Shown here in pieces: positions 26,995 through 39,939 of a DNA stretch of 64,000 nucleotides; within the stretch, counting starts at the first letter, position 1, and each line of letters opens with the position of its first letter. The DNA comes from Callorhinchus milii (taxonomy: Eukaryota). The position numbers were made by a program, and so were the translations under genes. The notes under the pieces were generated by a model. The model worked only from the letters and a program-made list of their open reading frames with translations, was not told the origin of the DNA and did not search any database. Location: NCBI RefSeq assembly GCF_018977255.1, contig NW_024704742.1:26848001-26912000 (forward strand), in the 5' to 3' direction.

Positions 26995-28059
26995 TAGTTT
27001 GCATCTGATGGGTTTTTGTTTGCAATTGCAATTCTGAAATGTTCAAAAACATTTTTTTAAAAAAGGGGAACTATCATTAACTTGTACTGCTGAAATGGTT
27101 GGCACTGGAGTAGGAGTTTCTGTTTCACACAGGATATCCTAACAGGATATATTACTGTGCAATAATAGTTCCTAAAAAAGTAACGGATTCATGGCCTCAC
27201 AAATTAAGTGAAATCCTTTGAGGTAAGTGAAACTGTTCCAGTGTATTACCGTTTGACTTGTATTTTAAAAAGTTATATTATTTGATAAAACATTGACACC
27301 AAATTGGTGAGAATGGGAAACAACTCTGGATCCAGAACGAGACAGACAAAGAGAGGTGATCACTTCATACAGCTCAACACAGGAAAAATGCAAGAAACTG
27401 GACATAGTAAAAGTGGGAGGCACATGGACTTCACGGACTGGGTAGAACATGGTAAGCAGGAGTCACTATTGAGTGTTGACTCATTTTCCTCTGGTTAGAA
27501 CTTCTGTAATTTTTAAGGTTGTCTATTCACTCCTAACAGTCTCACTGCTGATCTTGCCAGAAGAATCCTATTCCCTTACTTTACATTGCTTTGGGATGTC
27601 CTCCTGACCTGAAAGGTGCTATGTCAAATGTAAAGATTATTCTTTTATTTTATTACATAAACTTTAAAATGTAACATCAGGAATTGCTGGCTCCCCCACC
27701 CCAACACACACACATACTGATTTTTGCATTTTCTGTAATGGCAAGCCTTTTGTTTAAAACTTCCTATACCCAGTCCCGTGTTATTGCCTACAAAAAATAG
27801 TTATTACACTTAACAATAAATCCTGTTTAGCGCTTTGACACATTTTTTTTTTGACGACTGTTTGTGGGGCACTGCTGTGCGTAATTGGCTGCCGCGTCTC
27901 TCCGGCAATATACACTGTCAATTCCTCTTTACAGTATATTCTGTGAAGCGCTTTGATACTCACAATGATCGGTTAAGGCACGATATCATATGCAAAGGAT
28001 TATTATTATGCTTATTATTATTATGCTTCCCTCGTGAAAGGCAGTATATCAAATACAAG

Positions 28060-28425
28060 GAGGTGCGCACTATCACGCTGCATTGCTGGGAGATGCATTC
28101 TTCAGATGAGACGTTAAACTGAAGCCACGTCTGCCTGTGCTGGTGAACGATAAAGATCCCATGACACGGTTCAAAAAGAGAAAGGGGATTTCTTCCAGGG
28201 TCCCGCCCAACAATCCCCAACCCCCACCCAATAAAAATTAGGGACCGACTCCACATCTGCTTGTGCATTGTTGTGCGGAAATTGATTGCTGGCGTTCACC
28301 TCCAAAACACACAATCACAACACTTTGCGGTAAATCCCGTGAAGGAGCGCTTTGAGATCTTATAGACGACCAATTTAACATCATTAACAAAACGCGAGGA
28401 ATGTTATTATTATTATTGTTGTTGT
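28060..28425 (+). mobile_element. Deu-domain SINE fragment
   Basis: cttcagatgagacgttaaac...aaagatcccatg core. Confidence 0.65.
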
Positions 28426-28464
28426 TTTTATTATCCAGACGGCCACAGGGGGACTGACTCGATT

Positions 28465-29184
28465 CCCTACACACAAATACACTCCTACACACTCACCCTA
28501 CACACACACCCCTACAAAAACCCCTACACACCTACACATACACACCCCAACACACACACACCCCTACACACACACACACCCCTACACACACACACCCCCA
28601 CACACACACCCCTACACACACACACCCACACACACACACCCCAACACACACACACCCCTACACACACACACACTTACACACACACCCCTACACACACACA
28701 CCCACACACACACACCTAGACACCCCCTACACACACACACACTTACACACACACCCCTACACACACACCCCAACACCTCTACACCCACCCCAACACCCCT
28801 ACACACACACCCCTACACACACCCCCCAACACCCCTACACACCCACCCCTACACACACACCCACACCCCTACACACACCCTACACACCCACCCCTACACA
28901 CACACACCCCTACACACACCCCCCAACACCCCTACACACACACCCCTACACACACACCCCTACACACACACCCCAACACCCTACACACACACCCCTACAC
29001 ACACACCCAACACCCCTACACACACACCCCTACACACACACCCCTACACACACACCCCAACACCCCTACACACACACACCCCTACACACACCCCCCAACA
29101 CCCCTACACACACACCCCTACACACACACACCCCTACACACACACCACAACACCCCTACACACACACCCCAACACCCCTACACA

Positions 29185-29215
<31 letters not shown>

Positions 29216-30263
29216 CCCTACACACACCCACCCCAACACACACACACCCCCACACACACACACCCCCACACACCCACCCCTACACACACCCACCCCACAC
29301 ACACCCACCCCAACACACACACACCCAACACACACACACCCCAACACACACACACCCCTACACACACACACCCCAACACACACACACCCCCACACACACA
29401 CACCCCCACACACACACCCCTACACACACCCACCCCAACACACACACACCCCCACACACACACACACCCACACCCCCCCACACACACACACACCCACACA
29501 CACCCCAACACACACACACCCCAACACACACACACCCCCACACACACACACACCCACACCCCCCCCACACACACACACCCCCACACACACACCCCCACCC
29601 CTACACACACACACCCCCACACACACACCCCTACACACACACACCCCCCCACACACACCCCCACACACACACACCCCCACACACACACCCCTACACACAC
29701 CCACCCCCACACACACCTAGACACCCCCTACACACATACATACACACACCCGTACACACCCCAACACACACACACCCACACCCCTACACACATACAGTCC
29801 TGTAGCTCAGTGGTTAGAGCACTTGCTTTGCAAGCGAGAGACCTGAGTTCAATTCCAGGCAGAGGGCGAAACCTTGGGCAAGTTTCCTTACTCCACACAG
29901 AGCCTAATAATAATCCCTCCAAAAAACCAAAAACAATAATAAATTGGTCATTTTCAATCTACGACTGTTTGTGGGACATTGCTGTGCGCAATCGGCCGCC
30001 GCGTTCGCCCACAAATATACAGTCAATTCACTTTACAGTGTGTTCTGTGAAGCGCTCTGGGACGTCCTCCCAACGTGAAAAGCGCTATATCAAACGCAAG
30101 GATTATTATTATTATTATTATACACACACACCCCAACAGCCCTACACACACACACACCCCTACACACACACCCCTACACACACCCCCCAACACCCCTACA
30201 CACACACCCCAACACACACACACACCCCCACACACACCCTACACCCCCCAACACCCCCCCACA
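28465..30263. repeat. Degenerate C/A-rich simple repeat (acacacccct/acacccca units), interrupted by a SINE
   Basis: Directly visible; almost no G on the + strand outside the SINE. Confidence 0.95.
29796..30120 (+). mobile_element. Young tRNA-Ala-derived SINE with L2-like tail
   Basis: Nearly identical to the copies at 42263, 49243 and 62072; A and B boxes intact. Confidence 0.9.
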
Positions 30264-30309
30264 CAGGGAGAGAGGAGAGTCTCTCCTCCAGTTGGCAGTT
30301 GGCAGTTGG

Positions 30310-30500
30310 TGGGGGGGGGGCGGGGCTATGAGGATGACGCGGGCTCGATTGCTCTTGCCTCGCTCTGTCTGACTCCCGGTTCCGATCGATGTGCTCTGAC
30401 GCTCGGTTAGTGGGAATGTTACAAGATGGCGGCGGCGGCGGCGGGAGCCGGTGGCCGGAAGTGAAGCCCAAGCTCGGGGCCAGCGCGCGGCGGCGGCTCC
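30310..30500 (+). promoter_or_regulatory. CpG-rich promoter and 5' UTR of the TBC1D14-like gene
   Basis: The only CpG-dense unique segment in the window. GC box 30317-30325, TGACG half-CRE at 30335 and 30397, YY1 motif CAAGATGGCGGC 30422-30433, ETS/GABP motif CCGGAAGTG 30455-30463. Confidence 0.85.
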
Positions 30501-30561
30501 ATGGAAACGCGGAGCCAACGGCCGCCACCGGCCCGGGGAGCGGGAGCCGAGCCCAGAGAGC
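30501..30561 (+). CDS. Possible coding part of exon 1 of the TBC1D14-like gene (METRSQRPPPARGAGAEPRE)
   Basis: ATG at 30501 and donor gtgagt at 30562 (61 nt, phase 1) join in frame to the phase-1 acceptor at 33068. The segment could instead be 5' UTR. Confidence 0.45.
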
Positions 30562-31647
30562 GTGAGTGTGTGAGGGGACACAGGGAGAGGGAAAATAGAG
30601 TGAGTGTGTGAGGGGACACAGGGAGAGGGAAAATAGAGTGAGTGTGTGAGGGGACACAGGGAGAGGGAAAATAGAGTGAGTGTGTGAGGGGACACAGGGA
30701 GAGGGAAAATAGAGTGAGTGTGTGAGGGGAGAGAGGGAGCGAGAATGGAGGGAGAGTGGGTGAGCGTGAGGGGAGAGAGAGAGAGAGTGTGAGGGGAGAG
30801 AGAGAGAGAGTGTGAGGGAGAGTGAGGGGAGAGAGGGAGTGTGAGGGGAGAGAGTGAGTGTGAGGGGAGAGAGGGAGAGTGTGAGGGGAGAGAGAGAGAG
30901 AGTGTGAGAATAGAGAGTGAGTGTGAGGGGAGAGAGTGAGTGTGAGGGGAGAGAGGGAGAGTGTGAGAATAGAGAGAGAGTGTGAGGGGAGAGAGGGAGT
31001 GTGAGGGGAGAGAGAGAGAGTGTGAGAATAGAGAGAGAGTGTGAGGGGAGAGAGGGAGTGTGAGGGGAGAGAGAGAGAGTGTGAGAATAGAGAGAGAGTG
31101 TGAGGGGAGAGAGGGAGTGTGAGGGGAGAGAGAGAGAGTGTGAGGGGAGAGAGAGAGAGTGTGAGGGGAGAGAGGGAGAGTGTGAGGGGAGAGAGTGAGT
31201 GTGAGAGGAGAGAGGGAGAGTGTGAGGGGAGAGAGGGAGAGTGTGAGAATAGAGAGAGAGTGTGAGGGGGGAGAGAGAGAGAGTGAGAATAGAGAGAGAG
31301 TGTGAGGGGAGAGAGGGAGTGTGAGGGGAGAGAGAGAGAGTGTGAGAATAGAGAGAGAGTGTGAGGGGAGAGAGGGAGTGTGAGGGGAGAGAGAGAGAGT
31401 GTGAGGGGAGAGAGGGAGAGTGTGAGGGAGAGAGTGAGTGTGAGAGGAGAGAGGGAGAGTGTGAGGGGAGAGAGGGAGAGTGTGAGAATAGAGAGAGAGT
31501 GTGAGGGGGGAGAGAGAGAGAGTGAGAATAGAGAGAGAGTGTGAGGGGAGGGAGAGAGAGAGTGTGACGGGAGAGAGTGAGTGTGAGAGGAGAGAGGGAG
31601 AGTGTGAGGGGAGAGAGGGAGAGTGTGAGAATAGAGAGTGAGTGTGA

Positions 31648-31681
<34 letters not shown>

Positions 31682-32670
31682 TGAGGGGAGAGAGTGAGTG
31701 AGTGTGAAGGGAGAGAGAGAGAGAGTGTGAGGGGAGAGAGTGAGTGAGTGCGAGGGGAGTGAGTGTGAAGGGAGAGAGAGAGAGAGTGTGAGGGGAGAGA
31801 GTGAGTGAGTGCGAGGGGAGTGAGTGTGAAGGGAGAGAGAGAGAGAGTGTGAAGGGAGTGAGTGAGTGTGAGAGGAGTGAGTGAGTGAGTGAGGGGAGTG
31901 AGTGAGTGTGAGAGGAGTGAGTGAGTGTGAGAGAAGTGAGTGAGTGTGAGGGGAGAGAGTGAGTGTGAGGGGAGAGAGTGAGTGAGTGCGAGGGGAGTGA
32001 GTGTGAAGGGAGAGAGAGAGTGAGTGTGAAGGGAGTGAGTGAGTGTGAGAGGAGTGAGTGAGTGTGAGAGGAGTGAGTGAGTGTGAGAGGAGAGAGAGAG
32101 AGAGTGAGTGAGTGTGAGGAGAGAGTGAGTGAGTGCGAGGGGAGAGAGTGAGTGTGAAGGGAGAGAGAGAGAGTGTGAAGGGAGTGAGTGAGTGTGAGAG
32201 GAGTGAGTGAGTGTGAGAGGAGTGAGTGAGTGTGAGAGGAGAGAGAGAGAGAGAGAGTGAGTGAGCGTGAGGGGAGTGAGCGAGTGTGAGAGGAGTGAGT
32301 GAGTGTGAGAGGAGTGAGTGAGTGAGAGGAGAGAGAGAGAGAGTGAGTGAGCGTGAGGGGAGTGAGCGAGTGTGAGGGGAGAGAGAAAGAGGGAGAGAGT
32401 GAGGGTGAGAGAGGGTGGGGAGTGAGGGCGAGAAGAGAGAGCGAGGGCGGGGAGTGAGAGCGAGTATATGTGCGGATAGAAATAATAGCGAGTGTGAGAA
32501 TAGAGAGATAATCGTGAGTGAGGTGAGAATAGAGAGTGAAAATCGAGAGAGAATAGTGAGAGTGAGAATAGAGGGAGAGAGTGAGACTAGAAAGTGGAGA
32601 GCTGAGCCATAGAGAGCGAGAGAGTGAAATAGAGAGAGAGAATGAAGAGAGAGAACAGAGTGAGATTGTC
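30562..32670. repeat. Purine-rich (GA/GTGA) degenerate tandem repeat at the start of intron 1, beginning with 4+ copies of a 38-bp unit
   Basis: Directly visible; unit gtgagtgtgtgaggggacacagggagagggaaaataga at 30562, 30600, 30638 and 30676. Confidence 0.95.
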
Positions 32671-33067
32671 ACTCTGTGGCGCTCTCACTCTCCCGCACTT
32701 CTTTGTTTCTTATCCATTAAAATTTATGTAAGTTTAGGTGTTGAATAGTTCTGCCATTTAGTCCAATGGCTCTCAAAGTAATAATTTCTTTGAGAGCCTT
32801 GGGAAGTCCTCCTGGCGTGAAAGGCACTATACAAATGCAGTTTGTTGTTGTTGTTTCTTATAGTTGTCATATCACATCCAAAATATTCTTGGATATTTTT
32901 AGCACTGCATTGTGTTGACAATTAGATCTTTAAGTTAATCCAAATAATGGTTACCAATTAGCATTTTAATTCCAACATTCAGCCTTTATAGCCCTTTGCG
33001 TTTAATTTTATTTCAAAACATTTTAGAAATAAATGCAGTTTCTTATGAATATTTTTTGTGCTTTTAG

Positions 33068-33794
33068 GAACATGCAGCTCCTCACCTAAGATGATGCAGA
33101 ATAGCGTTTGCACTGACTTTGTGACCCCTGCTGGACAGTGTGTCAACAGTTATGAAGTTGTGAATCTTCAAAATTGTGAAGTGAAGACTTGGTCTTTGTC
33201 TGTACCAAATTATAAGCATAATTTGCACTGCATTAGATATGAAGACAGTAGTAGCCTTAATTCCGAAGATTCAGGCATTCCCACATTGGAAATTGGAAAT
33301 CCAGAGCCGATCCATTGTGGTATTTTAAATGCCAGGATGAATAATGCCGATTTATCCCAAACTACTGGAATTTCACATGAAAAACTTGTTCAAGGCTCAG
33401 GTAGTCTTCCTCCTGGCATGTGTTCACCAGCTGCACGTCTGGAGAGTGAGAGTATTTTGCGAAAGTCATCAACATTCCCCCGGACTGGCTATGATAATGT
33501 GAAACTGTACAGCCCATCTGCTAGAGGAGGAAACAAGGCCGATAACATGTCTGTAAGCAGCATCTCCAGCCTCAGCACGGAGCTATCCACCACTCTGTCT
33601 GTCAGTAATGAGGATATTTTGGATAGCCTAGTCACCAGTGACTCAAGTGCAATTGTAAACCTGGAAACTGATGATGCACAGTTCACAGATGTCAGTTTAA
33701 GTTGCTCCAGAGATACATACAATGGAGGCAGCAATCCTTTCGAACAAGAAGCCAAATACAGAAAGCTGGGCCCACTTGCCACCTTCTTTACCAG
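33068..33794 (+). CDS. TBC1D14: TBC1 domain family member 14-like (Rab-GAP family), large N-terminal exon; likely start ATG at 33091
   Basis: Motifs DSGIPTLEIGNPEP, RKSSTFPRTGYD.VKLYSP and TELSTTLSVSNEDILD match the recalled TBC1D14 N-terminus. Acceptor ttttag ends at 33067; donor AG|gtactg at 33795 (phase 2). Confidence 0.9.
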
Positions 33795-34018
33795 GTACTG
33801 TCCAATTTACATAAATGTGTTCTAATAGCTTCCCCATTCTTCTTAAAACTGAGTATGTACTGTGTGTGCTTTATCTGTCGATATTCATTTGGCGTCTAAA
33901 TAGATTTAAGAAGGCTTTACTCGGTTTTAACAAAAGCTGATTGGTGTCTTTACCCCATCCTTGACCATAGGCAACATTGTAAAATTCCATGGTTTACTAT
34001 TTATACATATATATAATA

Positions 34019-34392
34019 TGGAGTCTGTAGCTTAGTGGTTAGAGCACTCACCTCGCAAGCAAGAGCACCTGGGTTTGATTCCCGGGCAGGGCAAAATGTA
34101 GGGCAAGTTTCCTTACTCCACATGCCTCTGTTTACCTAACATTAAATAACAACTCAGTTGTTAGTCAATTGGCAGATCGCTTTTCTGGGGCTAATAAAAC
34201 GTTTTCAAAAATTCTAAGGATAATTTGGTCACTCGATCCATGACCGTGTGGGACATTGCTGTACGCAATTGGCTGACGTGTTTTGCCCACAAAATATATA
34301 GTCATTTCACTTCACGGTCTTCTGTGAAGCGCTTTGAGATGTCTCTAAAACATGATAAGGATCTATATCAAATACAAGGATTATTATTATTA
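34019..34392 (+). mobile_element. tRNA-derived SINE, older subfamily with a longer middle segment
   Basis: A and B boxes, extra segment gcctctgtttaccta, shared tail. Confidence 0.75.
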
Positions 34393-36297
34393 ATTTTACT
34401 TTTTTGTACCACTAAACGCAGAACTGTTTGGAAATATACAGCACATTAGTTAGCTTCTGAAGAGCCTGATGAAGGTTCTGTACAAAGCTTTAATTTGTTT
34501 TCTCAATGCTGAAGCTGACTGAGTTATGTATCTTATTTCAAACTGTTACTGCTTTTTTTCCAATTGCTAGCTTCAAGACTTTTTGTTAAGTTAATCTTTT
34601 TTGTATTTGAATTTTTAAATATGCAAATGTTAGTATAAAGTCCGGCAGATGTTCATTTTGCTCAAACAAATGTATAAATAGTGGAAATGATTTTTTGAAA
34701 CAAATATTTTGCTAACACTCAAATTTATGACTGCCTTTAAATATGAAAACTTTACAGGAAATCTGTTTTATCCCACAAAGAAATTTTAGAAACACAAACT
34801 GCTGTAACTCCTCCTATAATGATATTAATTTGTCTGGTTTGGTGTTCAGTCTTCCACTTTTTGAGTGACCTTGTGTTTCCATGTTAACCTTGGATTAAAC
34901 AATCCTCTAGTGTAGAATTGCATCTCCTTTTGTCACACCAGAATTTTACAGTTGGGATCTCTGCCATAAATACTGAACTGCACCATGACCAACCTTGAAT
35001 CGGAGATTAACTTGTGTGTTTTAAAAGTTATTAAAAAAATTGTCCAAATTGGATTTTATTGTAGATATTTGTCGCTGGTTCACAAAGTACATTTATTGGC
35101 ACCTTTTTATTATGTTTATGGTTTGCCTCCCCCCCACCAGCACCTATCAAATGTCATGATCATTAATGTGACTGCTGAAAGAAAGTACAAAACAATTTGC
35201 AAACATTCTACCCCAATAGGGCCTGGCAAGGTGATGATTTTCCTAACTTAATGCATCTTCAAGAGGCCTGGTTTGGTCAACTATTGGTTAACGTTTTGTT
35301 TGAGCTCTGCATACAGAGGTCAGGGGATTCCAGTTGTGGAGTGGGGGCTAAATTTCTTCAGCTGTCAGAAGCACTTTACTGCCAGTATTCTGTACAGAAA
35401 GTTGTTTGTTAGATTGATACTTGGGTGCAGAGCGTTAACATCATCATTTCTTGTTCTATTGCTCCAGTTATTATCTTGTAGCAGAATGATGCCTACACCA
35501 TATGTCTTTGCTGTAGACAGTAAACATTGAATATGTCGTATTCATCAAGTCTCCTGGTTTTGGCATGACTTTTGACCCGAGTCTAGGAATAAGAGATGTT
35601 TTCTCTGCAGCCTGACAAAGCAAGACATTGTATGCCATCACAAGGCCAATCCAGCCTTTCTATGATAATGAATTTGCTTGAGACCAGAGATTGAAACTTG
35701 TTCTGATAGGATTGAATTCTCTCTTCCACAAGGGGTTCATAGCACAAAACCGATCATTATTTAGAATGAAATTGGCAATCTCACAGGCCACTTTTAGTTT
35801 TGCTCGTGAGGAAAATGGAAAAAATTCACATTACTGCAAAAGATCTTGGGTGAGCAGAGTGTGGGAGGTTGATCTGTGTGTTGTTAATGATATTTTTGAC
35901 CTGACAGTGTTTGCTAATGCAACAAAATTATCTCTACATTGACATTCATCCATTAATGAGCATGAAACATCTCAATTTTTTATCATGAGAATTTGTTTTC
36001 TGTTCTATGGAGCTATGGTTTCACAGATTTGAATGACTTTGGAGCTTCGCCCAAGTTGTCATTAATATGTGAGTGTTGCTGCTGAGTGTCAGCAGGTGGA
36101 TGACATTACATCCCAGCTTGGTTCTGTTTTCTTCCCCTCCTCCCTTTTCTACCCTATGCCACTGAGGCCAATTGTAAGCCCCAATTGATTCATTGACTGA
36201 TCAGCTAAGAGAATTTGCTCCAAAATTATTTCAAATAAAGTTTTAACATTTCATTTTTAAAAGAGAAAGTACAGCTTAAGTCCACTAAATCGTCATT

Positions 36298-36970
36298 CTA
36301 CTCCAAGACAATCTTGGAGGCCAAGGACAACCCCAAGCTCCTCCTCCCACCCTTTCGTACCTCGCCCATCCTCACCTCCAATGCCAACTGTGAGGCGATG
36401 CTGGACCTCTTTGCTTGTTGGCCTCCCCCAACTCCTCCCTCCATAGGCTGCAGGTCATCCAGAACTCTGCAGCCCATGTCCTCTCCCGCACCAGGCACGT
36501 GACCCAGTCACCCCCGTCCTTGCCCAACTCCACTAACTTCCCATCATACAGAGGATACAGTTCAAGATTCTGGTCCTCACCTTCAAAGCCCTCCATGGTC
36601 TTGCTCCCCCTACCTCTTCGACCCCTTAACCCACTACTATCCTGCTCGATCCCTCCGCTTAGCGGGCTCCAGCCTGCTTCACGGGAGTCCCTCGCCTCAC
36701 CCGCCCCACCATTGACGTGCGGGCCTTCTGCCATTCTGCCCCCGCCCTCTGGAACTCCATCCCGCAATCCCTCCGCCTTGCCTCATCCCTTGCCTCTTTC
36801 AAGACCCATCTCAAGACCCTCCTCTTCGACCGTGCTTTTGATCTCCCTGCTTCCCGCCCTCCACCTCACCGATCCTGACCCCTAGCTCGGGTCCGAAACT
36901 CTTGACTCTCCAGCGCCTTGGGATGTCCTCCCGATGTGAAAGGCGCTATACAAATGTAATTTTGTTTTTT
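36298..36970 (+). mobile_element. L2 LINE 3' fragment (ORF2 C-terminus plus tail)
   Basis: LHRLQVIQNSAAHVLSRT followed, after a frameshift, by RIQFKILVLTFKALHGLAPP; tail ccttgggatgtcctcccgatgtgaaaggcgctatacaaatg. Confidence 0.85.
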
Positions 36971-37347
36971 AGTATTTTAATATGAAAATGATTTGTTTTT
37001 AAACTGCCTGTGTATATTTTTTAAACTATTTGCTGTATATAGTGTATAGATGTTCATAGGTTGAAGTTTTAAAAAATTGAATGAAAAGTGTCATACATCT
37101 GCCTTGTATGATGGAAAGTGAGTCCAGGGAAGTGTTTGTAGAAAGCTTTTTGTGGTGACACTGAACTGTTACTATAGTGATAGTGCAGTAATGGTGAGGA
37201 ATACAAGTTGACTTGTCAGCAATTAAGTATTTTGAGTTAAAAAGTATAGCAGTTTTATTGCAAAAATCGTGCTTACTCTTAGTTTATCTTGCAAACATGC
37301 CACAGGGTTTTATTTATGTATGAACCTTCGATTCATATCAAATCATT

Positions 37348-37470
37348 GTGGAGTCCTGTAGCTCAGTGGTTAGAGCACTCACCTTTGCAAGCGAGAGACC
37401 TGGTTCGATTCCCAGCAGGGCAAAGCCTTGGACAAGTTTCCTTCCTCCACATGCCTGAGAATAATCCTAG
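37348..37470 (+). mobile_element. SINE 5' (tRNA) head fragment
   Basis: gtggagtcctgtagctcagtggttagagcactc...ggttcgattccc. Confidence 0.75.
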
Positions 37471-39689
37471 AGAGGAGGGAAATCAAAGCTTTGTATTAGA
37501 TTATCTTTCAAATCCTCACTTTGTTCTTTTTAATAATATTTTAACTGAGTGTTCTAGGTGGACGGAAAAACCCTGGGTGTTGTGGATGTTGTAGCAGGAG
37601 AGGCCGGTGAGGAGGGCTTTTGAAAAGTCTAATCTGGTGGTGATGGAACCTGGAATGAGTGCTTTGACAACACTGGGTGTATGATCAGGTTAGAGGCGAC
37701 TGAAATGGCAAAGAGGGACTGGATGTGAGGGAGGAAAGAGAGCTGAGGTTGTGTACTTGTTCACTGAGTTGAAGAGATAGACAAAGAAAATTGAAGACAG
37801 AAGCAATGAGACGTTGGATTGGTGAGAGCCCAAGAGAAAATAGCCATAAAGGACAGCTTTCACAAGATCCTCCATCATCAGCAGGTGTGGGCTTCAGTGA
37901 GATATGGAAAACAAAATTCAATCAGCACCAGTTTACCCCTCCCCCTTGACCTCAAAAGTAAAGCATATATGTGACTCTAGTTCAAGGCTGACCGTACAAC
38001 TCCTCCTAGTATTAACTGAAACTGCAGAATATTCTATTTCTCTTAAACGTTTTGTGACAATGAAGTATTTAATGTGTGTTTCAGTTATGAGGCTTATTAT
38101 GACCAAGTCAGACATCACATCTCATCGTTGAATATTTGCACATGTAGGCGTTGCTTGTGGTTGATCGGTACATAAGATGAACTCTCACTTGCAACCACTT
38201 TTCTACAGGCTACACACAGAACAGCCACAATTAAGCTATTTTCTGCACTTGGTATTTTCTCTTCAAGTCAGTTGGTGTGTGAAAAACAGAAGCAGCTGCA
38301 TATTATGGTCCAGTATTGTGAATGTTGGGAAGTGCTGCACTGATACCATAATCCTGTGACATGATCATGTGAAGTGATGGATCAAAGTGAGTCAAAGCAC
38401 AATCCGGTTACTTTCTAATCTTGTCAAAACTGTTCTGGACACTATTGATCTACTTAAATGCTTCACAGAAGAAACTGCAAAGCTTCAACAACATAGTGCT
38501 TTAGTACAAACTCACTGCACTGTGCAGTAAGTTCAGCAAAGAAAATAGATTATTGGGAATCAGCAGCTATGATGTGAGACTTGTAATCCTGTTGGTGAAA
38601 TAAGATAAAGAAGCGTACGTTATGCTGTCTGTACACTAACATTTGTTAATGAATGGCGTGGAGCTGAAATGTATTAACAGTAATAATAATGCTTGCATTT
38701 GATATAGCACCTTATTACGTCTCAAAACGCTACACAGAATATACTGTAAAGTGAATTGACTATGTTTTGTGGGGGGAATGCAAGGATTATTATAATGTAG
38801 TGCTGGAGGTGTGCTGCATTGTTGGAACTGATGACCTTCAGACGAGATTTGAAATTGAGGTCCTGCCTGCCTGTTCAATTGGAAAACAAAGATCCCATAG
38901 CATTTTTTGGAAAGAGAAGAGAGTTTTTCCCAGTTTCCTGACTAAGAATTAATTCTCCAAATAAAATTGGTCATTCACTTCATGGTGTTTTGGGACATTA
39001 CTATGTGCAAATGGCCCAGAAAAACTTACAGTCATTCTACACAAAATAGTGCTTTGAGACATCTTGTTAACATGAAAGGTCCTGTACCAAATGTAAATAT
39101 TATTATAATAATTATAATCTTAATGCGAAATAATACATTTTGTGCCTTTTATCATGGAGCACAATATAGTATTCCCTAAGATGTTGTGTACATTTACAAA
39201 ATGCAGAAAGTAATATGTTCAGTAAGGCATTCTCCCACCCACCCAAAGACATTATTCATCAGCATCTGAAAGCGAAATTGTTCAATGTAACATTGAGTGT
39301 TAATCTATATCCAAACTTTTATCAAATGAAACGCCCAAAATGTTAGCCTATTTTTATTTTTCAATTGTTGAGTAACCTGTTGTGGATTTGTATTCAATTT
39401 ATTTTAAATACTCGTTTTTCCTGTTGACTAAAATAGTCTAGAGATCACAAAGGGCCACATACTTGTAAATGTCACATTTTTTTTTGGCTAAAACTGATTT
39501 GTACAAAGTGATGATCTTAGAAATCGTAGAACTTTACAGCACATTATATCTCCGTGCTCATTGAAAGAGCAATCTGTTCAATTCCATTTGCCTATCTTTT
39601 CCCCATTCTCCTGTAGATTACTTTCTGGATATCTAACCATTTACCTCTTCAAAGCATAAAGGCAAAGAGGGTTCATGAAACTCATGACA

Positions 39690-39935
39690 AAACTGACAAC
39701 TGTGGGAATACATGGCTAAAATTTGGATTTTATTCAGAATATGTATTCCAATTCCAATATAAGTGTAAGGGTTGACGGTAGACTCACCAAGCGTATCCCC
39801 TTTGAAAGATGGGTAAGGCAAGGATATCATGCACCTTATTCAATGCATTCATCGATGATGTATTGGATGGCATTGATAGGGATGGACTTGGTGTATCTGT
39901 TCCAGGTGATCCTGACAGAAATTTGGCCCTTTTGT
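39690..39935 (+). mobile_element. Non-LTR retrotransposon reverse transcriptase fragment
   Basis: MYSNSNISVRVDGRLTKRIPFERWVRQG followed, after a frameshift, by TLFNAFIDDVL, resembling the RT motif GVRQG..SP.LFN.FID. Confidence 0.7.
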
Positions 39936-39939
39936 TTCC

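Noticed and set aside
28612..29724. Cys/Val/Gly-rich minus-strand ORFs
   Set aside because: Translations of the (GT)-rich simple repeat, not keratin-associated or metallothionein genes.
30174..32672. 832-aa minus-strand ORF
   Set aside because: Low-complexity S/L/H/T/P translation of the GA-rich repeat, which lacks stops by composition; antisense to the TBC gene.
33795..33825. C-terminal YCPIYINVF* of the 255-aa ORF
   Set aside because: Intron read-through past the donor at 33795; homology continues in exon 51345-51468.
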